A program made the translations under genes and the position numbers. A model generated the notes under the pieces. That model made no database searches. It was not told the origin of the DNA and saw only the letters and a program-made list of their open reading frames with translations. Positions 29,241 through 43,829 of a stretch of DNA of 64,000 nt are shown one piece after another. Numbering within the stretch: position 1 is the first letter of the stretch; each line of letters starts with the position of its first letter. The stretch is from Octopus vulgaris (lineage: Eukaryota). The stretch lies in the NCBI GenBank assembly GCA_951406725.2, contig OX597825.1, positions 68,758,001 through 68,822,000 of the forward strand, written 5' to 3'.

Positions 29241-29789
29241 TGACTATCTTATAATTCATTTAGGGTAACATTGTACGACGTTCTCTTCTATTTTGACAAC
29301 AATGGGCAGGATGACTGCTATTTCTGGTGGAATGATTGATCGTGTAGGAGATTCCTTCTTAGCTCATACTCATACTGATGTTAAACAGTGCGACGGCATT
29401 TATAGCAATCTTTTGACCAATTGGTTACGTATTAACCCCTTAATGGATCAATTATTTTGACACGGCGCTTCATTTCAGAGCATATTTTTTAATTTCCTTT
29501 TTTAATTATATACACTGTGTTAATTACAAAAAGTTTTTTTATCATGTTTCCTTTATTATTTTTTTATTATAGAAATTAAAATGTACTTTTACTCATTTGG
29601 ATTTAAACGAGTTAACTCGGACATTGAAAAGATACATCGACCCCAGTGCGTTACTACTACTTATTTAATCGATCTCGAAAGGATGAAAGACAAAGTCAAT
29701 CTCATTGGAATTTGAACTCGGAACGTGAAAACGAACGAAATACCGCAAAGCATTTTGCCCGGCGTGCTAACGATTCTGCTAGCTCGCAT

Positions 29790-30230
29790 CTAAAATCTTA
29801 GAAAGACAACAAATCATCAAAAGCAAAAGGCAACCCAAAACACTAAAACTCATTCTCAATGGAGCAAAAATTCAAAAAAGAAACCTCCAACCAAACGGTC
29901 ACAAAAAGCGGGAGAATAAACTGCGGCGCATTGAGAGGCCAGAATTCAAATTCAAAGATGGCCAAACCTTCAAAGTTAAATCCAATCTCACCGGCAACAC
30001 GGAAAACCTACATAATTACATGCAATGGTTGCCATCATAATTACATAGGTCAGCCAGGCGGATCATTACGCAACAGAATCCCGATCCATCGCCAACAGAT
30101 CCGAGACAAAAATACAAAGAAAATTCCAAATTTCAAAATATTTCCCCTCTACAAGTGCTCAGATTCAAACAATAACAAAGACTAAATAAAGGCAATTTAC
30201 CAAGAAGTATAAACCACAATTAAATATAGA
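29790..30230 (+). pseudogene. PLE GIY-YIG endonuclease remnant
   Basis: TYIITCNGCHHNYIGQPGGSLRNRIPIHRQQI...FKIFPLYKC, then KKYKPQLN; frameshifted and partly deleted. Confidence 0.85.
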
Positions 30231-30362
30231 CTTACCACAACCGATAAATAAGAACAGACACTTAAAAACAGTTTTATACATATTATCATTTGTAAAATAC
30301 TTCCCATCATTTCCTAAATCTTTTTTTCCAATATTCATATATGCCAGCACACACACACACAC

Positions 30363-30427
<65 letters not shown>

Positions 30428-31190
30428 CATACACGCACATACACAGGAAAGAAAACATTACAAAAAACACACTCATACACGCACAGAAACATACACGCAT
30501 ACGCTTACACGCACACACGGACACACAGACATACACACAGCTGGTGACCACACAAATACAAACAAAGGAAGACACTCAAAAGAAAACATCTAAACCAAAG
30601 AAAAATTTTAATTCTTTCTTCAAGATATTCTTCTCAACATACACACTCATCAACTCATAATTGGTCATTTTCCAAACATATTGAAAAGACATTCAACACA
30701 TACACACACACTCACACATACACACACATACAGATGGACATAAAACTCATTCAATAAATGCCTTTTAGCCACTCGGTAGGAACACACAAAGATTTCTTTT
30801 AGACCTCTTCTCTCACTCTCTAACACTTTGAACTCTATACCAAATTAAATTTAAAGAAGACTTCAACGAAAAATCTCCAGACACGTTCTTGACCCCCAGA
30901 CAGAAGAGAAACTATTTTTACTTCTAATTTTTATAAATTTTAACTGATATTTGATAAGATGTGATAAATCAAAACTGGTGATATTTTCTTTATATAATTT
31001 TAAAATCATTTTTATTAAATTTCTCTTAAATTGAAATGTCTTAGACTTACTTCTGTACTACTTCCAGTTCCATCATTTATGTAAATAAATGAATATATAA
31101 ATATATATATACATATAGTTTAAAGATCTAATAGAGGTAGAATCAACAAGGAAAGTACTCTATCCTGTAAGAGATAAATGTCAATTTGAA

Positions 31191-31313
31191 TACACAACCA
31201 AAAAGCTACTAATAGTTTCATGCCTTTATGATATTTAAAAAGGCACATTTATGAAATATGCTTGTTCAAGTATCATAACAGCATGGAAGTATTAGTAGTT
31301 TTTCGGTTGTGTA
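31191..31313. repeat. inverted repeat, about 33-bp arms
   Basis: TACACAACCAAAAAGCTACTAATAGTTTCATGC versus reverse complement TACACAACCGAAAAACTACTAATACTTCCATGC. Confidence 0.85.
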
Positions 31314-31322
31314 CTTAATTGG

Positions 31323-31394
<72 letters not shown>

Positions 31395-31399
<5 letters not shown>

Positions 31400-31546
31400 T
31401 AAGGGCATTACTATACATAATTGCCTCACGCTATGAGAGACTCTTAAAGTCAAAACTACCATAATAAATACATTTATTATGGTAGTTTTGACTTTAAGAG
31501 TCCCTCATAGCGTGAGGCATTTATATATAGTAATGCCCTTAATAAA
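31395..31546. repeat. near-perfect 152-bp palindrome
   Basis: 75-bp arms, 2-nt spacer, three mismatches by manual comparison. Confidence 0.92.
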
Positions 31547-31813
31547 AAATATTTAAAGGGAATAATTAAAAGTTTCTCCCTTATGAGGTTTTTCAGACTG
31601 ACTACTTGATAAATTCTGATAAAGATGTTATCCTATTTTAAAATTTTATATATACATACATACATACATACATACATACATACATACATACATACATACA
31701 TACATACATACTTACTTACAAACACACACACACACATATACACACACAGAAATATATATATATATGTGTGTATGTATGTATATGCATATATATACGTGTG
31801 TGTATGTGTGTAC

Positions 31814-31859
<46 letters not shown>

Positions 31860-31863
<4 letters not shown>

Positions 31864-32776
31864 TCATCCTATAAATAATGCGATTTTTTCAATTGCACGT
31901 ACTAAAAGTCGGAGGGGAACGGGATAAACTATCTGCATCAAGTTGCTATAAAAGCAGGTAGTAATTTTACCTAGTCCTTATTCTTAGTGCAAGTTTTGAA
32001 GAGTGCAGTTCGATTTTAAAAGTTATTTTTTCAAAGCTATAATGGAAGTGACAAAGGAGCATATTCGGCATATTTTGCTGTATGAGATCAATGAAAGCAA
32101 CAACGCAACGGATAGTGCGAGTAATATTAATGCAATATATGGAGATCGGACAATAAGCGTAAGCCAGTGACAATGGTCGTTCCAGATATTCCGAGCCGGA
32201 AACTACAGCCTAGAAGATGAGCATCGTCCTGGAAGATCTGTAGAGCTTGACAACGACGTCCTGCAAACCCTGGTGGATCAAAATCCCATCGTAACTGTTG
32301 AGGAACTAGCAGAGAAGCTTGGATTTGGTCATTCAGTCATTCATCGACACCTGTGCTAGAAGAAAAATGACCATCTTTGGTTTCAAGAGGAAAGGTGTCC
32401 TTCCATCAGGAGGATGCTCGGCCACATACAGTAAGGATGACATTCCAAAGGCTGGAGCAGCCTTGAATGGGAAACGATGCCCCACCCACCATATTCGTCG
32501 GGCATTGCCCCATCTGATTATCATTTATTCTGCAGCCTTCAAAGTCATTTGAATGGAAAATATGAATTCTATAGACGAGGTCAAAACAATACTAGAGGAG
32601 TATTTTTCGTTGCGGACAAGTGAGTTTTGTAAGAGAGGCCTTGGAAGTCTACCTGATAGATGGAAGAGCATTGTAGAAAATGAAGGAGAGTATATTTTAG
32701 ATGAAAAAAGAACTTTGTTTTAATTTTGAAAAATAAGAGAAGTATAAAAAATCGCATTATTTATGGGATGAACCAA
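31860..32776 (+). mobile_element. mariner (DD34D-type) transposon, internally deleted, both TIRs and TA TSD
   Basis: TIRs TTGGTCATCCTATAAATAATGCGATTTTT / AAAAATCGCATTATTTATGGGATGAACCAA, flanked by TA. Peptides MEVTKEHIRHILLYE, SLEDEHRPGR, FHQEDARPH, PHPPYSSGIAPSDYHLF, LPDRWKSIVENEGEYI. Confidence 0.93.
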
Positions 32777-32917
32777 TACATCACTAGATCCTGAGTTCAA
32801 TTCCTAGATTAGGTGGTTCGCTGTGTGTGCAAAGCACTTCATCTCACGTTGCACTGCGATCACCTCAATACCTGACTTGTAGCACACCGTGCACCTGTTC
32901 ATGCTACGCTGATTGAC

Positions 32918-32975
<58 letters not shown>

Positions 32976-33110
32976 AATGTACCACGCATACATTTGTGCA
33001 AATCGTTCGGCAAAAGAGTTGACCATTCATACGTCGTCTTCGACAGGAGAGTCTGTCATATATATGATAATATAAATTTATGCATATGTATATATATATA
33101 TATATAATTA

Positions 33111-33278
<168 letters not shown>

Positions 33279-33539
33279 CGCCTTATCTAAAGTGGGCAAG
33301 AATTTACAAACTCTCCTTCCTTTATTGAATTCCTTAACATACAAAGCTTTATTAAGTTTTAACGTACATTTATATATGTCAAAAAATCTATACACCAAGA
33401 TACAGACACACGCGCATACATATACAAAACACACACACTCACGCACACATACATATTTGTGTACATGTACATATATATTCATAAATACATATACATACAT
33501 ACACATATATATATACACATACACATACTTGTATATATA

Positions 33540-33654
<115 letters not shown>

Positions 33655-34407
33655 GTGTGTGCATATATGCGCGCGCACATACACACATACATGTGGGTGC
33701 ATGCACACACACACATACACACACGAAATATAAGTATATTCAACTAGAGACTGTCTACCTATAATACGTTATTGCAATGTCCTGCTTTTGTGACCGCAGA
33801 ATTAATATATTTTGATTCACCAATGAAAACATAGATTGGCAAATGTGAGGTTTCATCTGTCGCCAAGGACACAATCAATCAAAATGACATTATGTGTTTT
33901 CCCCGCTTCTTTCAAAAAAAAGAAAGAAAAGAAAAAAAGCTCAGAGATTCCAAGGTTTAAGCACAGAGTGGCTGAATATTCGGAAATTGCTTTTGATGCA
34001 GTCGTCGAAGTTTTGGCATTTTTATTACAGAAAGCATTACATGAAAACAAATTTATTATGTTATGGTTAAAAGTAAGAAAATGTTATTTCATGGTTCTCT
34101 CTACCAATTCTTGCGTTAATGGCTAACCAAAATTGTGCATGATTTTTTTTTTATTGGGAATCGATCGATAAATTTAGGAAAAAAGAAAGAAATTAATGAT
34201 TATAGAATTGTTCAGAAGTGTAATGCTTCTTTGAGGACTCCATTACAATTGCTTTGGCAATTGTCTCTTCTCTAAAAATGGCATTTAAAAGTTATTATTA
34301 CTGTTTGTTCAAAAGAAAAGTTAATATTAACTTTCTTTTTTATGTTGCTAAGATCGAAATCTTGAGGTGTTTTGCGTGCCATGATATTTGTAATTATTTA
34401 TTATTTA

Positions 34408-34709
34408 TGCGCCCTTTTCAAGCCTAGCCAGGCTCCTGGGCCCAGTTTCCCTGTTTCTGTGGCGTATGTGTTTCCACCCAGCTGGACGGGACGCCAGTCT
34501 ATCGCAGCGTTACTCAAGAAACGGGAAGAGAGAGTGAGAGAAAGTTGGGGCGAAAAAGTACAACAGGGGTCGCCATCACCCCCTGCCGGAGCCTCGTGGA
34601 GCTTTAGGTGTTTTCGCTCAATAAAAACATACAACGCCTGGTCTGGGAATCGAAACCGCGATCCTCCGACCACAAGTCCGCTGCCCTAACCACAGGGTCA
34701 TTGCGCCTC
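34408..34709 (-). mobile_element. SINE family B (tail type iii)
   Basis: Family B head joined to GAGTAACGCTGCGATAGACTGGCGTCCCGTCCAGCTGGG...GCCTGGCTAGGCTTGAAAAGGGCGC. Confidence 0.82.
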
Positions 34710-34717
34710 AAATAAAG

Positions 34718-34963
34718 GCGCCCTTTTAAAGCCTAGCCAAGCTCATGGGCTCGGTTTCCAGGTTTCAATGGCGTATGTGTTCCCCAGCTGGACGGGACGC
34801 CAGTCCATCGCAGCGTTACTCATTTTTGCCAGCTGAGTTCACTGGAGCAACGTGAAATGAAGTGTTTTGCTCAAGAACACAACGCCTTGTCCAGTCCAGG
34901 AATCGAAACCACAATCTTACGATCATGATGCTGACACTCTAACCACTAAGCCACGCGTCTCCA
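34718..34963 (-). mobile_element. tRNA-derived SINE, V-like family
   Basis: Different head and body (GTGTTCTTGAGCAAAACACTTCATTTCACGTTGCTCCAG) but the same 3' tail as 34408-34515. Confidence 0.82.
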
Positions 34964-36092
34964 CCTATAAGGAAGATAGCGTTTTGTAAATATTGGCTTC
35001 AAATTTTGGTATAAGGCCAACAATTACATCGATCCTAGTACTCAAATGGAACTTATTTCATCGACTCCGAAAAGAGGAAAAGCAAAGTCGATCCCAGCGG
35101 AATTTGAACTCAAAATGTAAAGGCGGACGAAATGCCGCTAAGCATATTGCCCAGCGCGCTAACGATTCTGCCAACTCACCGCCTTTTACACTGAGTAAAT
35201 ATTAGCAACGTTTTCTACAATTTTGCAACGTTCTGAAAGCATTTGCAACAATTCATAAAAATTTCAACCTTTTCAGTATTGGCAATGATTGAAAAGGTTG
35301 GAAATTAACTAACAGATAAACAATAAAACAATTATTATTATCTAAATCCTTAAAGTGACAAGAAAAATATAAAACATAGAAAAATAATATAAAATAAAAC
35401 ACATAGGGCCCTTTTATATTGGAAAAATCCTAGGAAAATACAGAATATGTGAAAAGAATAACAGAAAAAAAAATCAAATATTCCTGTATCGATGTTGAAG
35501 ATTCGCTTTTAAAAGGACAAAAGAATCTTTATTTTTGTAAAAGGACGATTGACATTTGGAGAAATATCTTAATATTGTTATAAACATTTCACTCAACCTT
35601 TTATAACCGTAGATAACATTAGGAAAATCAGATTATTGCGTCATTCCTCAATCCTATTTCGATAAAACCATTTGTTTTTTTTTTATGACACGCACATCAC
35701 AAATGAAATCTAATGTAATCGGCCATACATTCATTCATACATACATAAATACATACATACATACATACATACATGCATACATACATGCATACATATATAT
35801 ATATATATATATATACATACATACATACATACATAAATACATACATACATACATACATACATACACACACATACATACATACATACATACATACGTACAT
35901 ACATACATACATACATACATATATACATACATGCATACATAAATACATACATACGTACATACATACATACATACATACATACACATACATACAAACATAC
36001 ATACGTACATACATACATACACACACACACATACATACATACATACATACATACATACATACATACATACATACATACATACATACTTACGT

Positions 36093-36250
36093 AGGAGCTG
36101 GCGTGGCTGTATGGTTAGAAGTTTACCTCCCACATGGTTCCGGGTGCAGCTCCACCGAGTAGCACCTCAGGCAAGTGTCTTGTACTATACCCTCGGGCAG
36201 ACTAAAGGCTTGTGAGACTGAATTTGGTATGCGGAAATTTAAAGAAGCCA

Positions 36251-36348
<98 letters not shown>

Positions 36349-36690
36349 AGAATATGTTTAGAAAATGTTAAAAACTTTGATAATGATAAGAAAAATGTTA
36401 AAAAATAGAATCTTTGACAATGATAGGAAAATGTTAAGAGGAGCTTTTTGTTTAAACAGTTCACATGAAAGTGTTCAAAATAGGCAGTAAAATAGATTTA
36501 TAATTATTTTGTCCCCACCATTATCGCTTGACAACCGATGTTAGTGTGTTTACGTCCCCATAAGTTAGCGGTTCGGCAACAGAGATCGATAGAGTACGTA
36601 CCAGACTTACAAAGTTCTGGGGTAGATTTGTTCGACTAAAGGTGGTGCTTCAGCATGGCAGCATTGAAATGACTGAACAAGTAAAAGAAT
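36093..36690 (+). mobile_element. SINE family A interrupted by (TA)n and an AT-rich insert
   Basis: Head at 36093-36250, 3' half at about 36510-36690. Confidence 0.78.
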
Positions 36691-36984
36691 ATATATATAT
36701 ATTAAATTAGAGATAAAACCACTTATTAGGCAAATCAAACAGTGAAAATCATAAACCAATACATAGAAATAAAATTAATTAATAAAAAATATATAAAATA
36801 TAAAATTCAACATTTAAATTATTTTTATTTAAATTTAAAGTTTTTTTTATATCTATAACTATCAAAAAGTATTATAAGTTTAATATAAGATAAAGAGTAA
36901 AACCACTACGATCGTTTCATGTCCATAAACCAATTCGAATAACAATAATTTAAATTCAATTAATAATTCGATATATATATATAT

Positions 36985-37202
36985 CGCCATGATCGCCATG
37001 TTGGTTCGTTAGTTACTGCACGCATTTTTTTCTCTCCTTCTTTCTGTGTTTTTTTCTCTCTGTGTATCTTTCTGTTGAAGAGCGTAGGCTCGAAACGTTA
37101 AAGACTTGTTTTATTTATATTTCCTGATCGCCATACTAATACAATTGTTTGTTTGTTTTCCACCTGCCTTCGTCTTTTGTCTATTTTCATAAAGCTTCCC
37201 GT

Positions 37203-37203
<1 letters not shown>
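36985..37203 (+). mobile_element. pLTR-like repeat with hammerhead-like motif (37068-37103)
   Basis: cttt-CTGTTGA-a-gagc-gtag-gctc-GAAA-CG-TT-aaag; (TA)n on both sides. Confidence 0.65.
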
Positions 37204-37301
<98 letters not shown>

Positions 37302-37304
37302 ACA

Positions 37305-38011
37305 AATACATGTAATTTTAACAGATATATTTACCAAAATTACATAAAAAATATCTTGAAATACTAAAGAGTAAGTATATTCAATAAAATCACCATTGGC
37401 TTCAACCATGGTTTCCAGACGACTTCGGAATCGTCTGCAACACTTCTGGACAGTCTCCTTGTTTAAGTTGGTGAATGTTGCCATAAACATTGCCTTCAGT
37501 TCATCTTTGATGTTACAAGAAGTTTCGTTGGTCTTTCAGTCAGCTGCGCCCCAAATATAATAATCAATGGGGTTGCAGTCTGGGGAGTTTGATGGTCAGA
37601 TGTTTCGAACGATGTGGTCGCAGAAATTGTCTGCTAGCCATGACTGGGTTCTCCTGCTTGTGTGGCATGGTGCAGAGTCTTGTTGCCATCACTAATGACC
37701 ACTCCAAACACCATGATGTTGAATGGATGTTTGATTTTTATCACTCTCGATACATGTTTTGGGGACACGGCAAGCCAACGGTTGTTCTGTGTGTTCACCA
37801 TCTGTTCGTATTGAAGCTGCTTCCAGGGCGAATGTCAAGCAGCACAGCATGTCATTCGAAATTCCTGGCACAGTAAATTGCATCATGGTGCTGTTTTTCT
37901 CACAAACGGTGCCGAACTGATTATACCATACTGTGTAGTCGACAAAATCAATAACAAACAATTCACATGCGCGAAATCAAAAATATAAAATGGCGATAAT
38001 TTAGCCATCTC

Positions 38012-38016
<5 letters not shown>
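37305..38016 (-). mobile_element. maT (DD37D) transposon relic, same family as 16134-16975
   Basis: Minus strand WQQD-SAPCHTSRRTQSWLADNFCDHIVRNI*PSNSPDCNPI-DY gives exactly 37 residues between the two Asp. 5' TIR at about 37990-38016. Confidence 0.9.
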
Positions 38017-38110
<94 letters not shown>

Positions 38111-38141
38111 ATATCTATATCTATTTCTTTCTCTCGCTCTC

Positions 38142-38178
<37 letters not shown>

Positions 38179-38597
38179 ATATTTCGAGGTGGTCAATGAA
38201 ACGCATGTAAAAAAGAAGAGACTAATACATCGAAGAGATGGAAGCACACTCCTTCAGATATTCAAACTAGAACACATTAAAGCTACTCGAGAAGTTTTAC
38301 ACGGATCACCACATTGAAAAGAGAGAAAAATGTTCATATACTACATGCTATGAAAAAACCTACTTCGTGAAAATAACAACGTCGAAGGAGGACTGCTCTG
38401 CAATGAGTTAATATAATCTGCAGCACTTAGCAACGAGAAATCGTTCAGAAAGTCTTCTATATTTATAAAGACGATAAGTTTTACTAGCTATTCAAATAAT
38501 GAATATATAACCTTGTGAACACAGGTGTGAAAACTTTAAGAGACTTTGGCTTTAAGCACAATATTCGCCGAGAAAAACTGTAAACATGTACGCGATA

Positions 38598-38902
38598 GTC
38601 GTCGTCATCATAATGATCATCATGATCATTAGGTCGTGATCATCATGGTCATCATCATCACCGTCTTAATCGTCATCATCGTCGTTGTTGTCCTCATCAC
38701 CATCATCGTCGTCGTCGTAGTCGTTGTCATCATCATTATCATCGTCAAATCATCGCCGTTGTTGTCATCATCGTCGTTATCGTCGTCAACATCGTCATCA
38801 CCGCCTCGACGTAGCTTCTGTCTCCGCTGCCGCCTCTACCACCGTTGCCTCCGCCGTCGCCTCCGCCGTCGCCTCCGCCGTCGCCTCCGCCGTCGCCTCC
38901 GC
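38598..38902. repeat. (CAT/CGT)n triplet region with (CCTCCGCCGTCG)n 12-mer
   Basis: Read directly. Confidence 0.85.
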
Positions 38903-39413
38903 ACATGAAAACGCACATAAACTCATACACATACCAACGCACACAGACGCACACAGACACACACACACACACACGCCCACCCTCCTATCCCTCCCCCTGC
39001 ACGTACACACCTAATCACATATAATTCACAGCTACGCATATATGCAACGCCACACACGCACTCACACATACACACGCATACACATGCACACAGAGACAGG
39101 CACACGGCAAAGATGGCAGATAAAATTCTGCTGAGGTAGCCGAAGTCTGTCGAGAATTAGTGCCAATACAGATACTTGTAAAGATTAAGACATATAAACA
39201 CGTTCCCATAAGATTACTACAAGGGATACAAATACAAACTTCGAAGAAGAATAACTTTTAAGTTTATTATTTTCTTCTTAGGTTTTTCTTCTTAGATTTC
39301 CGAAGAATCTTCTCCCGAAAATTTGAAAATGTTCTAAAGTGCGTTAACGAGTTACTTATAATACAACTACAATGCATTTAAATTGAAATTGTACGCATAT
39401 TATATAACACCTA

Positions 39414-39655
39414 CAGCTCCACGAGGCTCCGGCAGGGGATGGTGGCGAACCCTGCTGTATTCTTTCACCACAACTTTCTCTCACCCTTTCTTCCTGTTTC
39501 TGTTGTACCTATATTTCAAAGGGCCAACCTTGTCGCACTCTGTGTTACGCTGAATCTCCCCGAGAACTACGTTAAAGGTACACGTGTCCGTGGAGTGCTC
39601 AGCTGTTCCGTTGATCGGATCAACTGGAACACTTGTCGTCGTAACCGACGGAGCC
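39414..39655 (+). mobile_element. SINE family B (tail type i), 5' truncated
   Basis: Matches 50562-50830 with an internal deletion. Confidence 0.8.
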
Positions 39656-39696
39656 CCACGATATCTTCCATTTGCATCATTATTTGTAAATTATAT

Positions 39697-40280
39697 AGGA
39701 TCAGGAGTGGCTGTGTGGTAAGTAGCTTGCTTACGAACCACATGGTTCGGGGTTCAGTCCCACTGCGTGGCACCTTGGGCAAGTGTCTTCTACTATAGCC
39801 TCGGGCCGATCAAATCCTTTTCAGTGGATTTGGTAGACGGAAACTGAAAGAAGCCCGTCGTATATAGGCATATGTATGTATATGTATGTGTGTGTTTATG
39901 TTTGTGTGTCTGTGTTTGTCCCCCCAACATCGCTTGACAACCGATGCTGGTGTGTTTACGTCCCCGTAACTTAGCGGTTCGGCAAAAGAGTGGATTTGGT
40001 AGACGGAAACTGAAAGAAGCCCGTCGTATATAGGTATATACATATGTATATGTATGTGTGTGTATGTTTGTGTGTCTGTGATTTTTCCCCCCAACATCGC
40101 TTGACAATCGATGCTGGTGTGTTTACGTCCCCGTAACTTAGCGGTTCAGCAAAAGAGACCGATAGAATAAGTACTAGGCTTACAAAGAATAAGTCCCGGG
40201 GTCGATTTGCTCGACTGAAGGCGGTGCTCCAGCATGGCCGCAGTCAAATGACAGAAACAAGTCAAAGAGAGAAAAAGAGT
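39697..40280 (+). mobile_element. SINE family A with an internal 166-bp tandem duplication
   Basis: Unit AGTGGATTTGG...GCAAAAG starts at 39823 and 39989. An inverted tail copy follows at about 40295-40385. Confidence 0.88.
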
Positions 40281-40756
40281 GTATAAATATTTATTCTTTC
40301 TTTTATTCTTTTACTTGTTTCAGTCATTTTGACTGCGGCCATGCTGGAGCACCGCCTTTTAGTCGAGCAACTCGACCCCGGGACTCAAGTTTATCTGAGC
40401 CAGGCTTATAATAGTCTTACGTGATGTTCTTTATTAGGAGTTAGTTATGTGTCTTTTCATCTGGAACGGATAAATATTGCAATTTGAGTTGTGTTGTGCA
40501 GTAATGAATGACTGAATTGATTAATTAATTAATTAACCACGTTGTCATAGGTACGAAAATTAGATCGAGCCTTTTTGATGAACCGCGGTATGCGTTTGAT
40601 ATAATAGCTAAACGTTATCGAGCTCTGCGTGGAAGCGATGTTATGTATTCTCTGATGAGCCTCAAAGAAGAAATGAAACTAGCCAGAAAGGATACTCTCA
40701 AGAGAATAGTCCCCGACACGCACACACACACACACACGAACACGCACACACACACG

Positions 40757-40793
<37 letters not shown>

Positions 40794-41528
40794 TGGTTAT
40801 ATAAACATGTATAACATATGAATGAGTGTATATGTGGCTGTCTGTATCTCTCTTTCTCACTCTCTCTGCATATGTATATAATACATACATACATACACAC
40901 ACACATACACACACTCAAACACACACACATACACACACACACACACACATATATATACTCACATCGCTCGTATATATCTAAAAGTATGCATAACACATAC
41001 ATTAACGTTGACGCAAACATACATACACAAGCCCATACATTGTATGTATGTATTTATGTATGAATGAATGTATGTATGTATGTATCTATCTATCTATCTA
41101 TCTATCTGTAGATAAGAATTAGATATTCTCTGTATATAATACACTTCATATTATAGAATACACTTAGTAGCTCAAGAGATTTAAAGTTGAACGGGTGTAG
41201 AGAAAGTAAGTTAGACAGATCAAAAGTATATTAAATTCATGAGACTCGGCTCATCCTACGATGGAATCAGTCCGCAAATATTACTTTGTACACCTGAGCC
41301 CCCAGAAACAGCTGTTGGATTTGTAATACTTTTCTTCAACTTCTTTAATTCTCTATATCATATGTATTCTGTGTACCTCTTTGTATGTAAACTTATATAT
41401 ACATTTTTTGTATTTCACGTATTTAATATACTTTACATATTGATCTCTCAAACTTGCGTATCCTTACATATTCTTCTCTCTCCCCGCCTCTATCTCTCTC
41501 TCTATATATATATACTTCGTAAAATGAG

Positions 41529-41569
<41 letters not shown>

Positions 41570-41575
41570 GTTTTA

Positions 41576-41638
<63 letters not shown>

Positions 41639-41652
41639 TGTATGTATGTATG

Positions 41653-41755
<103 letters not shown>

Positions 41756-42411
41756 TTCGTAAAACAAGCTATAATTACATTTCTTCTCAAAAACTAAAGA
41801 GATTTTTTCTCCAGGTTTTGGTAGTAAAAAATCTGTACAAATTCTTATTCTGTGATTTAATAAATGAAACAAGTCTTAGAAGCATGCATCGGCTTAGCAC
41901 TTGGAAGGAGATTTAATATGCACTGGAATATAGGAATATTAGAATTTGCTTCTTTTTAATCCCTCCTTAATGGATTATCTCTAAATGAAAAGCAAGTATT
42001 AATGCAATCAAATGTTATTTTTGGCGTAAGAGAGCGACATGCGTTGATATAAGATGGGGGAAAGTGAGAGAAAAGAAATATATGGACAGAGAGTGAATAA
42101 GAGAAGGGGAGAAGGAGAGAGAATGAGAACTAGGACGGAGAGATTGAGAGGAAGAGATATTGCGAAAGAAAGATAGAGAAGAGAGAGTGAGAGAGAGAGA
42201 GAGAGTGTGTGTGTGAATGAAGGGAGAGAAAGAAAGGTAGAGTAAGACACGAACAAAGACAAAGATTGGAAGAGACATGTTTTTCCTTTTATCTTTTAAT
42301 GGTTCCGGTCATCAGTCTGCGGCTTTACTGGAGCACCATCTTATGATAGAAAGAAAGATATTGAGCATGTCTGATATAGTTTTAGGCACATTTGGCGAGG
42401 AGGAGATGGAT

Positions 42412-42443
<32 letters not shown>

Positions 42444-42504
42444 TGTATGTATGTATGTATGTATGTATGTATGTATGTATGTATGTGCGTATGTATGTAT
42501 ATAA

Positions 42505-42538
<34 letters not shown>

Positions 42539-42589
42539 TTGTGTGTGTGTGTGCATGTATATATATATGTATGGATATATATTCTTTTT

Positions 42590-42820
42590 TTTTTACTTGT
42601 TTCAGTCATTTGACTGGAGCCATGCTGGAGCAACGCCTTCAATGGTTTTTAGCCAAGCAAATCGACCCCAGAAGTTATTTTCTAAAGCTTAGTACGTATT
42701 CTATCGGTCTCTTTGCTGAACCGCTAGATAAGGGGATGTAAACACACCAACACCGGTTGTCAAGCAGTGATGGGGGAGGACAAACACAGACTCAAAGACA
42801 CATACAAAAATGCGAGCGCG

Positions 42821-42863
<43 letters not shown>

Positions 42864-43023
42864 ACACACACAAACATGACGGTCTTCTTTCAGCTCCGTT
42901 TATCAAATCCACTCAAGGCGTTTGTCCGTTCGAAGCTATTGCAGAAGACACTTGCCTAAGGTGTAACGCAGTGGGATTGAACCCGGAACTATGTGGTCGA
43001 GAAGATAGCTTCTTACCATACAG

Positions 43024-43025
<2 letters not shown>
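42590..43025 (-). mobile_element. SINE family A (older)
   Basis: Family A motifs with central (CA)n. Confidence 0.78.
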
Positions 43026-43105
<80 letters not shown>

Positions 43106-43264
43106 CATTTATATAAATTAGAGAAGAACTACCATGTAGCAATTCAAGGATCTTATACTTAAATCATACTATATAGAAAAAAATTAAAGAAACGATAAAG
43201 CATTTACCTAGAATTAAATACAGTACGAAATAATAAATGAATAGTATAAAAAATAGTTAACGCA

Positions 43265-43311
<47 letters not shown>

Positions 43312-43320
43312 TACCATACA

Positions 43321-43525
<205 letters not shown>

Positions 43526-43791
43526 AGAGAGAGAGAGAGAGGGGGAGAGAGGGAGATAGAGATGTATATATCTAGAAAGAAAGAGAAAGGTAGAGATTAA
43601 GGATAGATAGATTGACAGAAAGAGCGGAGACCGCGATGAATAAGAAGATATATCGTAGATGTGTGATATAGAGGATAGAGAAGAAGAGACAGAGGGAGAG
43701 AGAGAGATAAAAAGTGAGATGTAGATCGAGAAAGAAAGAAAAAAGTTCCTTTAAAGAGGAAAGAAAGAGCGAGAGGGAGAGAGAAGCAAAG

Positions 43792-43829
<38 letters not shown>

